Part shown: positions 40,089 through 54,463 of the stretch, piece after piece
How positions within the stretch are numbered: the stretch's first letter is position 1
Layout of the letters: every line of letters begins with the position of its first letter
Assembly: GCA_965235115.1 (NCBI GenBank)
Contig: OZ249436.1
Span: forward strand, 29,576,001-29,640,000
Direction: 5' to 3'
Source of the DNA: Laetmonice hystrix
Taxonomy: Eukaryota
Length of the DNA stretch: 64,000 nucleotides
Notes under the pieces: generated by a model
The model's database searches: none
What the model was told of the DNA's origin: nothing
Seen by the model: only the letters and a program-made list of their open reading frames with translations
Made by a program: the position numbers and the translations under genes

Positions 40089-40461
40089 TCAGTGTGTGTG
40101 TGTAAATGGCGGCCCGGCTGTTGGCGATGAAAAAGGAGTCAGCGGTTGAGCAATCGGCAAGCCGGAGGTCATGCATGGTCGAAACAAATGCGGGTTCATC
40201 GCCGCCTCGCCATCCGAGATCAGACGGAGCGTTGAAAGGGCGTTTCCCGGCCGCCGATAGTGTATGAGGCCGGAGACGCTGTAGAAGTTCGGTCAAATAC
40301 TTCCAGCTGGTCTACAGCAAGGCTCGTTACGAGACCGACACGTCGTCGCTGTAGACGTTCGTCTATTTTCACCCGTAATTTGCCTGCGTGTATATACAAA
40401 TAACCGGGCAGCTTGCCCCAATTTCGTCGGAGGGGTTTTGATGAGGTGCAAATTTGAGCCG
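40089..40461 (+). promoter_or_regulatory. CpG-rich candidate TSS or non-coding first exon
   Basis: Inr-like TCAGT at 40089, YY1-like AAATGGCGGC at 40104, dense CpG, and a possible donor CCG|GTGCGT after 40461. Inference only. Confidence 0.25.
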
Positions 40462-42953
40462 GTGCGTTTGTGCGAAGGGGGTTGGTGTTGGAAGGGGGAG
40501 GGGTGTTTGGTGATGGGGTTGAGAGAGAAGGAAGGGAAGGGTAAAGATGAGGATTGTGGGGGAGGGTATAGAGATGGGTGTGGGGTGGAGGGTGTTGGTT
40601 GGTGGCCGCGGCCGTCCTGTCTGACTGCGGAGTATACGGATAGATCTCCAGGCCTTGGTTTACTGTTTGTCCAGGTGGTCGCAAGCTGCTCACTTGACGA
40701 CTACTGTATGCATGTAGCAGCTTACTGTACCCCACCGATCATCGATAAAATGTGCTTTCTGCCAGCCGTCCCATCTTTAAAACATTTTATCCCAACCGCC
40801 TCCGTGTTTTCCTTCGTTGTACGTGTTAAGGCCACCGAATTCCTACCCCTCCCGACAGACGCTCAAGTCATTTCTGCGACACCCTGGCTCAACATCTGAG
40901 CGTTTGCAGGTTTCCACCCCTGTTTTGTTTGGCCCAGCGATGGCCGCATTTGGTGATGGAAATGCCTCAAACTTCAAGCAGCTGGCGTGCTAGAGGCCCG
41001 CGCCTCATTATTTTTGGCAGACCATTTGCTGCACTTGTCCATCACGATGTAACGGTAACGGAGACCCACACTCGACCCCTTGACATTCCCCTACGTCACG
41101 GTGAACTCGTGCTCCAGCCCATGCATGGCCTATCTGTTCTTACCCCGCGGCTAAATGTTATACCTCCCAGGTCCTGACATCAGTCAAATATCCTTCATGT
41201 GAAATCAGTGCCGACGTGAAAAAAGGGGGCAAAGAGAGGAAACTTGAGGACGGCACTTCTGGGTCCTGTATGGAGTGGCATCATGAAGTGCATTGTTCAA
41301 AACAGACCGAGTAACTTTATATTTTGATCGTACCCTTCGTAGATATAATACTTATACCGCTTCAATTTTCCAGTTTTAGAAGTTCACCAAAACTTGTAGC
41401 CTGAGTGTAAAGCTTCCAGAATTTCCAGACTAGATGCTTACTCATCTGTTATGATTTGTTGTGTGATCAAAGTATAGCCTCGGTTGATAATCGCGCCATG
41501 TTTGACGCGTTCAGACACGACCAAAGCACGGTTTTGTCGTTAAACAAAAACAAGGAACAGTCGGCGTGTGAAGTAAACAGGCTTCCAAACTTGCAGCCTT
41601 CACGCATGTGTTATACAACATGGACAACATCTGTGGCCAGTAGCGCGGGCCCAGTTAGCACTGAACTGTCCCCCACGTGTTTCAAAGGGGGCCTCTTTCT
41701 ACATCAGACCGTAGATCAGACCTATGGGAAGTTGATAGGCAACCTGGCCCACTATATGCTAGATGTATCAACTCACGCAGGATATTATTTGCCCTGTAGG
41801 CCCCTATAAAGTACAACCCCTATCATGTGTATTGATCGTCCTGGGATTTACTATCCACCAATGAAATAAAAATCGAAACATGTGAGGGGTCCCGAGCGTC
41901 TCTTGTGACAATAGAAAGTTGGCCGTCTTTGAGCGTGTTCAATGTTGAGACGACAATACGCCAGTATGTTCGAGAATGGTTCAGGTTCATACTGCACCAT
42001 TCACATCCTGTGCGAAAAATGTTTCTGGGAGGCGAGTTTTCATCGTGACATGATATACGATGTAAGACTGCAGTTGGTCGAATCAAGACCTCCGAAAGCT
42101 TACCGAGATACGGCGCTAACGAGAAAAGCAGACGACACAAGGGGCTTGGCCACACGTCGCTTGTATAACGCTATATAACGGCTGGGTGGGAGCTCCCAGC
42201 TCACGCCACCTCATGGGGCGAGTATGCCAACCTTAGACAACATTCATGGAGAAATACATCATGAAGTGATACATGAACGTTAGCCATGAACATGAAGCCC
42301 TTTCTAAAATAATCGATTTTTACAAACTTTATTTAGATTAAATACATTTTGTATACTCAATGTAAAATGTCGTGTTTAGGCGGATGACATCACGTCAATC
42401 AGGCTACATTTGGCTGACATTTCCCGTTTGATTCTAAATTCGTCGTCACCATGAGGTGTGACAATCATTGTACACCAGGTGGCGCATCGGTTGGAAGTCA
42501 ACTTTTCTCATCCATTGTGGAAGGTAAGGTTCAGTTGACCGAATGCGAGACGGTTAGAGTCTTTGATCGCCTGTTTATATTTCACGGTCTGGGGTGATCC
42601 GCCTCTGTTGATGAGAGCATTTGGCATAAACAGGGCGCTCGGTGTGTTCTGCGACCTGTTTGAATGCGGCTGTGGATGTGGTAAAAGCTCTGACCAATGC
42701 ACGTAGATGTCACCACACATGACAACCACTTAAACTGATCAATGACATCCATACCGGGCTCTTTCCAACCTCTCTATATCCTCGGATGAAGAACTCGCAT
42801 AGGTTATGCTCTTTTAATATAGGCCTATAAATATAAAGATCACTATTATGTGTATACAGTGTATAACCTTAGCGGACTGAATGCTCAGAACCGAGCACAA
42901 CTAGACTGGTGTTCAAACGTTGGGAGCTGACTGAAAGGGTGAGTATTATAGTA

Positions 42954-44853
42954 TATGTGAGGATAGGGTGGTATTTGCTGAGTGAGAGGGTGGGTCTATG
43001 TGAGGATAGGGTGGTATTTGCTGAGTGAAAGGGTGGGTCTATGTGAGGATAGGGTGGTATTTGCTGAGTGAAAGGGTGGGTCTATGTGAGGATAGGGTGG
43101 TATTTGCTGAGTGAAAGGGTGGGTCTATGTGAGGATAGGGTGGTATTTGCTGAGTGAAAGGGTGGGTCTATGTGAGGATTGGGTGGTATTTGCTGAGTGA
43201 AAGGGTGGGTCTATGTGAGGATAGGGTGGTATTTGCTGAGTGAAAGGGTGGGTCTATGTGAGGATAGGGTGGTATTTGCTGAGTGAAAGGGTGGGTTTAT
43301 GTGAGGATTAGGTGGTAGTTGCTGAGTGAAAGGGTGGGTCTATGTGAGGATAGGGTGGTAGTTGCTGAGTGAAAGGGTGGGTTTATGTGAGGATAGGGTG
43401 GTATTTGCTGAGTGAAAGGGTGGGTCTATGTGAGGATAGGGTGGTATTTGCTGAGTGAAAGGGTGGGTCTATGTGAGGATTGGGTGGTATTTGCTGAGTG
43501 AAAGGGTGGGTCTATGTGAGGATTGGGTGGTATTTGCTGAGTGAAAGGGTGGGTTTATGTGAGGATAGGGTGGTAGTTGCTGAGTGAAAGGGTGGGTCTA
43601 TGTGAGGATAGGGTGGTAGTTGCTGAGTGAAAGGGTGGGTCTATGTGAGGATTAGGTGGTATTTGCTGAGTGAAAGGGTGGGTCTATGTGAGGATTGGGT
43701 GGTATTTGCTGAGTGAAAGGGTGGGTTTATGTGAGGATAGGGTGGTAGTTGCTGAGTGAAAGGGTGGGTCTATGTGAGGATAGGGTGGTAGTTGCTGAGT
43801 GAAAGGGTGGGTCTATGTGAGGATTAGGTGGTATTTGCTGAGTGAAAGGGTGGGTCTATGTGAGGATTGGGTGGTATTTGCTGAGTGAAAGGGTGGGTTT
43901 ATGTGAGGATTAGGTGATAGTTGCTGAGTGAAAGGGTGGGTCTATGTGAGGATTAGGTGGTATTTGCTCAGTGAAAGGGTGGGTCTATGTGAGGATAGGG
44001 TGGTATTTGCTGAGTGAAATGGTGGTAGATGTGAGGATAGGGTGGTATTTGCTGAGTGAAAGGGTGGGTCTATGTGAGGATAGGGTGGTTTTTGCTGAGT
44101 GAAAGGGTGGGTCTATGTGAGGATAGGGTGGTATTTGCTGAGTGAAAGGGTGGGTCTATGTGAGGATAGGGTGGTATTTGCTGAGCGAAAGGGTGGGTCT
44201 ATGTGAGGATAGGGTGTTTTTTGCTGAGTGAAAGGGTGGGTCTATGTGAGGATAGGGTGGTATTTGCTGAGTGAAAGGGTGGGTCTATGTGAGGATAGGG
44301 TGGTTTTTGCTGAGTGAAAGGGTGGGTCTATGTGAGGATAGGGTGGTATTTGCTGAGTGAAAGGGTGGGTCTATGTGAGGATAGGGTAGTATTTGCTGAG
44401 TGAATGGGTGGATCTACGTGAGGAGAGGGTGGTATTTACTGAGTGAAAGGGTGGTAGATGTGAGGATAGGGTGGTATTTGCTGAGTGAAAGGGTGGGTCT
44501 TTGTGAGGATATGTTGGTATTTGCTGAGTGAAATGATAGGTCTATGTGAGGACAGGGTGGTATTTGCTGAGTGAAAGGGTGGGTCTATGTGAGGATAGGG
44601 TGGTATTTGCTGAGTGAAAGGGTGGGTCTATGTGAGGATAGGGTGGTATTTGCTGAGTGAAAGGGTGGGTCTATGTGAGGATAGGGTGGTATTTGCTGAG
44701 TGAGAGGGTGGGTGAGGATAGGGTGGTATTTGCTGAGTGAAAGGGTGGGTCTATGTGAAGATAGGGTGGTATTTGCTGAGTGAAATGGTGGGTCTATGTG
44801 AGGATAGGGTGGTATTTGCTGAGTGAGAGGGTGGGTATATGTGAGGATAGGGT
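42954..44853. repeat. 43-bp G/T-rich minisatellite x~44 (1.9 kb)
   Basis: Unit TATGTGAGGATAGGGTGGTATTTGCTGAGTGAAAGGGTGGGTC. Confidence 0.98.
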
Positions 44854-47800
44854 ATCCTGGAGAAAAAGACCGCCAGTTCCTCAGTATCATCCCTGAAGGT
44901 AATGTATTGGAGGGCGGGTCCCATCTTCATAGATGTACTTGGTTGGTGCTCGCTTATGGACGTCGACACGTGTAACGAAATGCTTGGACGTGCTTGGCTT
45001 GTCAAAGGCCGTTGAGAATGTGCTGGTCACGATAATAGCAACTTGAAGGCGACCCGATCGTGGGGAAATGGTGGCCGTCTGAGGCCGACTGGTCGCTACA
45101 AGTATACCGACAGACAGCGATAGCCGACACGTGCAGCGACAGATGGCACCTAATTGAATCTAGCCGAGTTCAAAATGACTATATATACAAACCAGTAACA
45201 CATTCCCATGTCGCCAGTGACAGGTACCGATGGGCTTGTTACAAAACCAACCCTCACATGCATGGAACTTCAGGGGCGGATTCGGCGGGTATGGGCGGGG
45301 GGTCAGGGGGGGGGGTCAGGTAGGGGGGGGGGGGGTCCCTGTTTGGGACAGGTTTTTAGTTTTTGGATCCTCTTGGGCCGCCTTTTCATATTCTTGCTTT
45401 TAGATCTCCCTTCCCGTATATGTTTCGACGCTGATTTATTTCACAATTCTAGTGCATTGATTTCGGCCCATGCCACCCATTTCTGGATATAGTTTTTAGC
45501 AAACTGATTGAATCAAAGTGTTCCCTATCAAAGTACACATGTATTTATCTTTCATGTAGATTTCTTGGTTAATTGTTAGATCCAATACGACCCGACACAC
45601 GCCATTATGCAGGCCGGTTTCCACCGGAAGTAGCAATATCAACTAGATGGCGCTGTAAGCTGAGCACCAACCAATGAAATCGAGGCTATGGTTCGAGTCG
45701 TAGCTCTAGAGCGGAACCAATCTGCATACAACAAAAACATAGACTTCCCTGGTTTTGAACCAAATAATGAAAATAAGGGGGGGGGGACAATACAGGATAA
45801 TACACAAAGAGTTAAATGCACACATTGGCAGACATTTGGGGACTCCCCAATATTGTATTACAAGTGTATCTAGAAGTGTTTCCTGCCTTGAAAGATTTCT
45901 CTAACGCTTGTTGCTTCATCAGGGCATAGCGATCAAGGCTAACAACAGAGCGGGTCTATCAAATGACAAAATAAACATCGCAAGTGGAAAGCTTCAAACA
46001 AAGGGCAAGTCGATTGAAATTGTAGATGATTGTTGCACAGAGCAGCGACAAGCAAGCAGTCTCTGTGCCTATATTTGTATGACACGCACGTAACGACGTA
46101 CATGTAGTCATTCATACACACACATAACATACACACCGATTATACCACAGCATACAATGGCGACAGCAGCAATGAATTCATCAAGTGTTGCGAATATTTG
46201 TGGTAGCCTCCTCGCATGTCAAGGTCCACCCTCTGCCGTTTTGGTCAGATAAATACAAGGAAACCTGGATGTCAAATGACCAACAGACTCACCCAAGGCG
46301 TGACTATAACTATCCTGACGAAGGGGTTATAGGAGAAAGTTGGTTATCGTAACGGAGAACGAAGATATCATCTAAATATGACATGTAGAAATCTAAGAGG
46401 TGAAGAAGGGGTTGAGTTATTAATATTATACCTTTCAGAACATACGGTATGATCTGAAGCGGTTAGGAAGCTGTGTTCAAGATTTAAGAGGGGTGTAAAA
46501 AATATATTCACCAAGAAACCATGCAAAACACGACCAACATCGCAGCCGTTGACCTTAAGTTTATGAATAAGTCGGCATACATATTTGGTCTGACAGTCGC
46601 CGCACATCTTAAAAAGAAAGGAACTTAAAAATCTGAATCTAAACAAAGCCAACCCGTATACTACGCTGGATCAAAATATACTTTTAGTATACATGTATAC
46701 GCCAACCGTATTCAGATAAACGTGATGGCTATACTACTACTGATGCATGTGCTGGGGGTCGTTCCGTCTAGGCTGATTGTGTATTCTTTGGATCCTTTTG
46801 AAACAATGGCATAAAAGATCAATTCAAATGGATCTTTGTAATGCAAAATACATATTGACTCATATGACTTGAACCTCGCCTATTGTTGAGGTCCAATTAG
46901 GGAGGGGGCATGGTATAAGTAGTATAGAAAAAGGCATGTTTGGTTACGTCGTGTTGGCCTTCCGTGGCACATGCCAATGACTTTCAAACATTTGCCTATT
47001 GACCAGGTGCGTTTGAGTGCCTTCAATTAAATATCAGGCCCGTCTTTGATCTACAGCTGTGGCTTAGATAGGACAGAGGAAGACCGTACCAAGGCACGTG
47101 TGTCGGTGGAGAAAATGTTCGGTGTTGAAGGAGGCCGTTCCCACGGGCGCCGACCCCGTACCCCTGTGGAATGACCATTACAAAATGCCGCGGTCTCTGC
47201 TCGGGTCGCCCGGGGGAAGGGGCCGTCGGCGGCACGATGACATGACAGACAGCTGGGCTTGCCTCGGAGATCTCCTCGTCCAGACGAGGTACCAACTACA
47301 TACAACCCCACACAGGCCGACACGTCGTCAAGGATGAGCACCTTTTACATCCAGCCAATCCCTGCCTTGCACAATCAAGACTATAAAATATCCTCCTAGC
47401 ACCTGTATTGAACATACGGTACTAAGTAAGGCCTTACATTGAGAGATCACGTACAAGATCTCGCTTCTGATCTATGTATGTGACGTTGTTAGCTCGGGCA
47501 TGGATAAGTCGTAAATGACCCGGTGGGATACGCATTATAAGTCGCACTTAAGATCGAATTGGCAAGATAGTCTTATTAGGTGTGTGATTGGTGTTGGTGC
47601 AACATATGTATTGGCACCCGGCATTCTTATCGGGGACGTCATCTAAATGGTGGCAGGCGGCCGCGTTAGGAGAGGCCGCCACCATGCCTACCCGGCTGGA
47701 ACCACTTTTCGAACGCTCGTGCCGGCCATGTGCACTCAGCCATGGACGGCCTGCATCGAGCAGTTATAGCCTACTGCTCTATACGGTCTGCTTGTCAACT

Positions 47801-50789
47801 AGAAAATATTCTACGATAGAGCTGCAGTCGCCTGTTTGTAGAACACCATTGGAACTGAGACGTTGACATCATGCCAAAAAGGGGGCGAAAGGGAAAATGC
47901 GATAATTAAATCCGCTGTGGTTTAGAGTGTCAGAGATCATTTAGATAGCTGACAAGCACTTATAAACGTCGCTTCTAATCTTAATCTAATCATGGCGATT
48001 ACCTTGTGTGGAAATTCGCTTTTTTCAAGCTCACATGGTGTAAGAGTTGTAGTAAATTACATTGCTTGAAAATAAAATAGCACGGGTACATTTAAAAAAG
48101 TAAAGCCGTAAATATCAAATGTATAGTTAAAGAAGTAGATCATCAAGAGAGGCAGTTTATCTAGTGTGACAGGTTCTAATCGACGAGACGCCTGCCTATT
48201 AGGAGTTATATTTCACTTTGTAAACCTTTACATTACGGCACAGGATGTTATAGCAGTGCCTGTCGGAATTGCATATATAGGTATTATGATTATGTAGCTC
48301 TCCAAAGCATTCAATTTCCAAATTCGCTCTCTCAAAACACGACTGTTACAATATTTTTTTCACGTGTCTTTTCTTGAAAGTAAAGTCAGGTGTGACATAA
48401 AGAAGACAATCTTGCCGTCCAACTCAACCTTGTAAACATCATAAACTGTCGTAGTCTTGTATAGAAGGAAAGAGTCGCTGGCTGAAATCTGCGCATTGGT
48501 TGGTTCTTGGCTTGCCCTGGAAAAAGGGGCGTAGATTGAAAGCGAATTGATGGAAGAGGGTGCCTGAAGGGACAGGGTTTGTGGTTCATGGTTCCTCCTA
48601 TAGTCACTTCGACATGGTTATCCGGCGTAAGGTTCGCAAACACTCTTCTCCATTATCCCCCTACATGTATGTGTTTGCGAACGGCAAATATGATATTTGG
48701 TAGCGCCTTACAGGTGCCATCTGAGCGGGCAGCGGCTGGTGGCCCAGGACTCCGCCTGACAAAGGCCTCTGTTTGACCGTTGCCTCCTGGCTCCTGCTCG
48801 CTTTGAGTGCTACTCCTTTAGTGTAAGAAACTGGCATGAAGGCTGGAGTAGAGAAGATTGGTGAGCAGCAAAGACCTTGGCTCTCCTCTGGCCGCTCGGT
48901 ATATTTGCCCATTCCGATCCTAGGATCTAGCGCTCTCAAAGGACCAATTGAATGGTACACTTCCCAGCATTGTGATTCCTGCGAGCTCGTATGCGGTTCT
49001 CTTCGATACAAACGTGCTTGGGCTGTGTTTGCCTACTTTTTAATGAGACCAACAACCAAAAGGAGGTGCATAGAAGGTGCCATTATGTCGGTGAAGGCGG
49101 CGGTGTCGGGGCGGGCCTCTATAAGACTCGGCGGGGGTCCCGGCGGCCCAGTCCCGCTTACCACCTGAACGACCAGCCCTGCACAGTCGCCCTCCGGTCT
49201 CCTGTAGCAGACGGACGTTGGACGTCAGTAGGACTGTACGTAGGCCTAAACATATACAGGTGGGCCCGCATCCTATAGAGCTGAAGTACATGCCGTCAAT
49301 CATCAACTCCGAACTACTCCTTTATACGACACGGATATAACATACGGAGAAACTATATACGGGTTGAAAAAAAAAGTTCAGGAAAAGGACCGATTAATTG
49401 GTGTGACTTCTAGTCGTCATTGCCCACGTATGACGATTGTGTGTCACAGACTCGGTCTGTGACGGGAGGACGTAGGAGACAGCACGGTCCGTCCTAGGAT
49501 GGACCCAACCATCGCCGCGCCAGCAGGCTCACGGTAAGCACATCATTTCTGCTTCCCAGCCACACCTATCCGTCCAACTCCCGGCCATATCAATGTTACA
49601 TACCCACTCCACACACCCACACCTGTGCCCCACACCCGTTGGGATCGTGATAAGGTTATTGTATTCCCCAGACGAAGCGACAGATAAATGTAAAGTGGGG
49701 CCCCAAATCGGCCTCGTATAAAATCGGCGGGAGGTAGGCCGACCTGCCTGGTTTGTATGTCACACGGGGACGTCGGCTGCATCCACGCTCCGCTGCTGCC
49801 GGCCGTATGTTGCCAACGGCCGGCGACAACTTCACAAGTTAAATTCACAATTCAAAAGTTTAAACAGATATAGGCCTACGTATAATATACTCAACACGTT
49901 TAAAATGTTCCGGATTATTTTCTTAGATCCCCCCAGACGGTAATCTATATTATATCCAATCCTACAGTTTGCCCCCGGGGGTGGGGGGTAGGGTGGGGGT
50001 GGCCATCATTGATACTGGCGGAGAGGTGTAATTAAATCCAAACCAGATCACGTTGGCGAAAAGACGGTATAACTTGGTGGCAATTTACCGCAACGCTGCG
50101 TTTGATGCTCCTGCGTGACACCTCTGCGTCTGATAAAACGATCATATATACCTCACCGTTCTGAATCTTATATTATGAACTTTATATAGATTCTACATTT
50201 TTATTATGTATAATGTATATAGATTAGCACTGCAAAAAAGAGCAATGTAGGAGTGTGGGGGAGGCGGGGGGGGGGGGTTATAGAAATGACAATGGCTCAT
50301 ATCCATGCATTATATTCAGTGCAACATCATGTGTGACCACCGTGCTGTGGAGGTCTCATTATAGTGTTATGATCATGCATACTCTGACCGAATCAGTCAC
50401 GCATACACAACGCCATTGGTCAATTGTTTAAATGCCCGCCCTTTGTTCCCAGGTGTAAATTGAGCCTAATTGTGTGTGTCAGCGATTGTTTCCAAGGTGC
50501 ACGCTATCATGGAACCACATAAATTTTGGGTATGATTCAAAGGGCTCTGTATTGACAGATTTCAGAAAGTCTGTTCCAGGTGTTGTCAGTGGATAAAGGA
50601 CATTTACCCGGCATGCAATAATGAGTCTCGACGCCTGAATACAATGATTGAAGGCGCTATAATAGAACGAGCCACTGTATCCGGTTGCCTGATGTTGATG
50701 TCGGTGCCACTGCGGAACGTTAAACACCCTCTCTGTGGCGTATGACGTCGACCATGTATAATTGAGTCCTATAGCAGTATTCATGATAT

Positions 50790-51000
50790 TCAGTGTCATG
50801 GAGACAGACAGGCAGAGGTAAGGTACAAGTCCCTATAGTTGGGTATGTGGTTTCATGCCTGCCTGCTGCCCTGACCCGTACAACCACGTTATCGGCCCGG
50901 AAACTTCCACTTGGATGGCCCACGGTGAGGTTTAATCTCCTCATTCTGGTGTCACCTGTAGCTGTCACGACAGTGGTGTTTGTCAAAGGAATCCTTTAGG
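50790..51000 (-). mobile_element. Possible LINE RT remnant
   Basis: GFL/TNTTVVTATGDTRMRRLNLTVGHPSGSF resembles sFLtnR...v..gd..s...l..GvPQGSvL. Confidence 0.35.
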
Positions 51001-51903
51001 TGAGATTTAACGGCCGACACCTTCGGTGTGACCCGGATGACTCCTTATATACCTGGCGGTCCCCGTCTGCTACACTCGCAGCTTTAATTAACACCTAATC
51101 ACAGCCCAGCGCGGGCGTCGGCTGACCGGCCTTTCACTGGACCCCCTACTCTGTCATCGAACCATATTGTGCCAAGGTTTTGATATCATATCCCCAGCAC
51201 GGTGGGCGTGGGCAGAGCTCTGGCATTGATTGGTGGTTTCTCTTGATGGCTCGATTTAAAACTCTAAAGAAATCTGAAAATTATGGCAGAGGTCAACCAT
51301 AATTTGCTTCGATATTCAGGAGTTGATAGTGACCATAGCTGTAAAATCAGGAAGCTGATAGTCCTAGATGTTTTCTTAGGTAAAAGATGTTTATTTTGTC
51401 CATATATATTATGCCCTTTCAAAAAACGCATGGAGTCGAGCAATTCCGTACTCTACTGAAAATGAATAAAATATAGTCCATTATTATGGTATAAACTCTA
51501 TTGCCTTACCATTAGTGACTATACGTTGTATCTGCCCATCTTCATTTCTTCTCCAGTCTGAAAAATCTAAAAGTAAGATGTGTTATTGGGAATTCGTACC
51601 GTGTATTTCCTGTTCAACTTCTCAGGAAGTATATCGAGTGTCAACGGAAAGTCAGGAAATCAGAAATATTCGTTTCTAGAGAAGTAGTTTCTTTCTGTCT
51701 CTAAGAATACAATAATGTGTCTCTATTCTAGATGTCCTCATTCCATCTACATGTGACTAGTCTAGAATAATTTACACGACGCGCAGGCAAAAATACACTT
51801 GTGTGCCAAGTCACAGCTGATGAAGAATCGCAGTTAGCGCAGTCTTTATAGTTCACCAGTAATCCGCTAGGGGCGCTTCAGTATAGCTTGGCCCGCTAAC
51901 TCA

Positions 51904-51987
51904 GCCAGAGAGCACTCATACGAACTTTTGTGTGCAACAAAACACTGCCAGAGCGCGCTCATACGAACTTGTGTGTGCAACAAAACA
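51904..51987. repeat. 43-bp tandem duplication
   Basis: GCCAGAGAGCACTCATACGAACTTTTGTGTGCAACAAAACA repeated with 3 substitutions. Confidence 0.9.
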
Positions 51988-54401
51988 TACATTTGGTGAA
52001 AGAAGAACTGACGTGAACATTAAATTGTAATCAATTACTTTATTCAGCAGCACAACATTATTTGTAACACACGCTCTTTTCTTTTTAGCTTCCAACTATA
52101 TATGCCTATATGAACAATAATATAGAATAGGCCTAAGAACTGTACATTCATAAACTACGACCGTGTGTTATTGTCGGTAAAATAAGAACTTTAAGGAATG
52201 TGTGGGGATGTGAGAAGCCTATGTGTGTAATTGCTTTCAAAACGTACACACACAAACTAGGCTATTCGGTTTTCTTCAGCAAACGAGTTTTCAACGGTTT
52301 GTACTTGATACCTTTTCACGGTGTCGGCCCATGGGGTGGCAAGAAGAGGTCTATTGGCCTTTAATGTGAGAAACCAGGTTGGTCGGACGATCTGCAGGTG
52401 TTCAGGCCATTGTAGTCGGCAGCGGGGGGGTTATGTGTGGTCCTTCTATTAACACACGGCTCGCTGCTTACACTCTGTGGTAGGGAACGTTTGTCGCTCG
52501 GCTCACGAACCTAACGACACTGACGTAACACGGGCTCTGGGTCAGCCCACCAGTATACTCCAACGAACCACACTTAACGACAACCTACGGCTATATCGGG
52601 AACAGCCTGTGTACTTTAAGTAGTTACCATGCCACTTGTAGAAGTGCATGTATTCTTCCGCATCGAGCTTGCCTTTGTTGGTGGTAATGACCAGCCCTCC
52701 TGTTTAAAATCTCGGAGGAAGATGGACGGTAGAACTAATTTGAATCGGTCCTATTGATATGAAAGGTCGAAGTCGCAGCAGTTGGTTGGCTGCACGCAGA
52801 GCGCTCGTGGCAGGAGTGCCGGTTTGAGAAATGATGCAGGAAAGTCTTGAGCTGATTAGAGGCAGTGTGAGGAAATTTGTTTTTCAACTTTGGACAATTA
52901 TAATTCACACTTGTTGTAAATGTCTTGGCCCATGTCGCGACTGGTACCCTGGAGCACATGGCTGAGGGTGTGTCTGTCGGCGGGAGACAAGAGCTTGTAT
53001 TGTTTGTGAAAAACTTCGCCGAGTCTAGGCATATTCCCCGCCCCCTTCTAATTGGTCGGTTAACATCACTGCTATACATAATCAGGGATATGAACAAGCG
53101 TTCTCATCATGATATGTATAATCAAAACTTTGCTTCCCTGCTCCTGCTCCTGCTCCTCCACCTCCTCCTCTGCCTCCTCCTGCGTCTTCTCCTTGATCAG
53201 CTTCTTCTTCTTCATGGGCATCGCATACCTTTAGCTAATTGATCATGCATGTAGTATAAATTTATGAAAAAGGACAGTCTGCAGCGCTAATCTATAGAAG
53301 AGTTGTCCACCGTTTCAACTGAACTCCTCCCCTCTTTTTTTAAAAATACCCCCACAAAAGTAACCAACGACTGGTGACAGAAATAATAAGCTCCAACGTA
53401 TCCTGACGCGTCTGAAGAAAAACTGCTCCTGTTTTGTGACAGTAACAGAAATTATTCAACGTAACATATAGCCGCTTTGTAAAGGAGGTCGTTATAGTAG
53501 CGCAGCCGAATGTGTGGATTGTCAGGTCTGAGAATTAATGTTGTTACGGTGGCGGGAAGAGGGCGGGAACTGTCATCAACGATACAGAAGTTTCGGCTGG
53601 ATAGGTGGAATGATGTCAGTGGATACACCGGTCCTGTTGGTTTCAACTTAATCTACTCATTAAAAGATTTCAGTTGCAGCGTGAACTTTCACCCGCGGTC
53701 AACAAAAGGGTATTTAGATTTAGATGTCAATGTCAACTCTCATTAGGCCTACATTTTGTGTGCAGGAAATGAGAAAGCAGCAGGAAACTAATTAGTTATA
53801 CCTTGTGACCAAACACCTTTCGAAAGAATGCTCGATATAAAAAGGATAGAAATGGGAATTTTTTTTGTGAAAAAAAATTATTCCCCCTGATTTATGAGGA
53901 AAACTGCAGAATTCAATGCAGCCTTAGAGACCAATACTTTACTTACATGTCTATAGACATAATCTAAACGTTTTATCTGTGATAGGTTGTCTGATCTTTC
54001 TAATGGTTCTCATTATATTGGCAATAAAATAAATACCTCTGATTCGAACACAGTTCAGCTCAGATAATAATAGTTGATTTGATTTCAGATAGGGCGAAGA
54101 GTGAAAGATTTGGCTTTCGAGGAACGAAGCAATCTTCATTATTTCAAGATGTATTGGGTATCTCTTGGGTATTTCTCTATGGCTGTGTCGATCAATAGAC
54201 AATATAAATAGATTCATCACGCTGTTAATGGTAATACTTGTAGTTGTGTTTCATTTGCTCGAAAATAATCGTATACTAATAACGCATAGAACCTAATCCA
54301 TATATCTATAAGATACATAGTCTGAAATGATATTTATCTCCAATATTGGTATTGAAAAGTTGAAGCGAGCCGACCACACTAAGTATATAAAACTATACCT
54401 G

Positions 54402-54463
54402 GGGCTGGTTTCTGAAAAAGCAGACCAGCCATTCATGCTGTTGAAAGTGTTGAAAACCAGGCC
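54402..54463. mobile_element. Very short (62-bp) MITE remnant with CTG TSD
   Basis: CTG-GGGCTGGTTT ... AAACCAGGCC-CTG. Termini resemble those at 36007 and 36744. Confidence 0.55.

Noticed and set aside
49040..49306. APE-like words (LLQET, RAGRSGG, GTFYAPP) on the minus strand
   Set aside because: Spacing is far too compressed, so this may be chance. Similar single-motif hints at 9430-9708, 35720-35830, 38490-38620, 41823-42155 and 53951-54100 were also left out.
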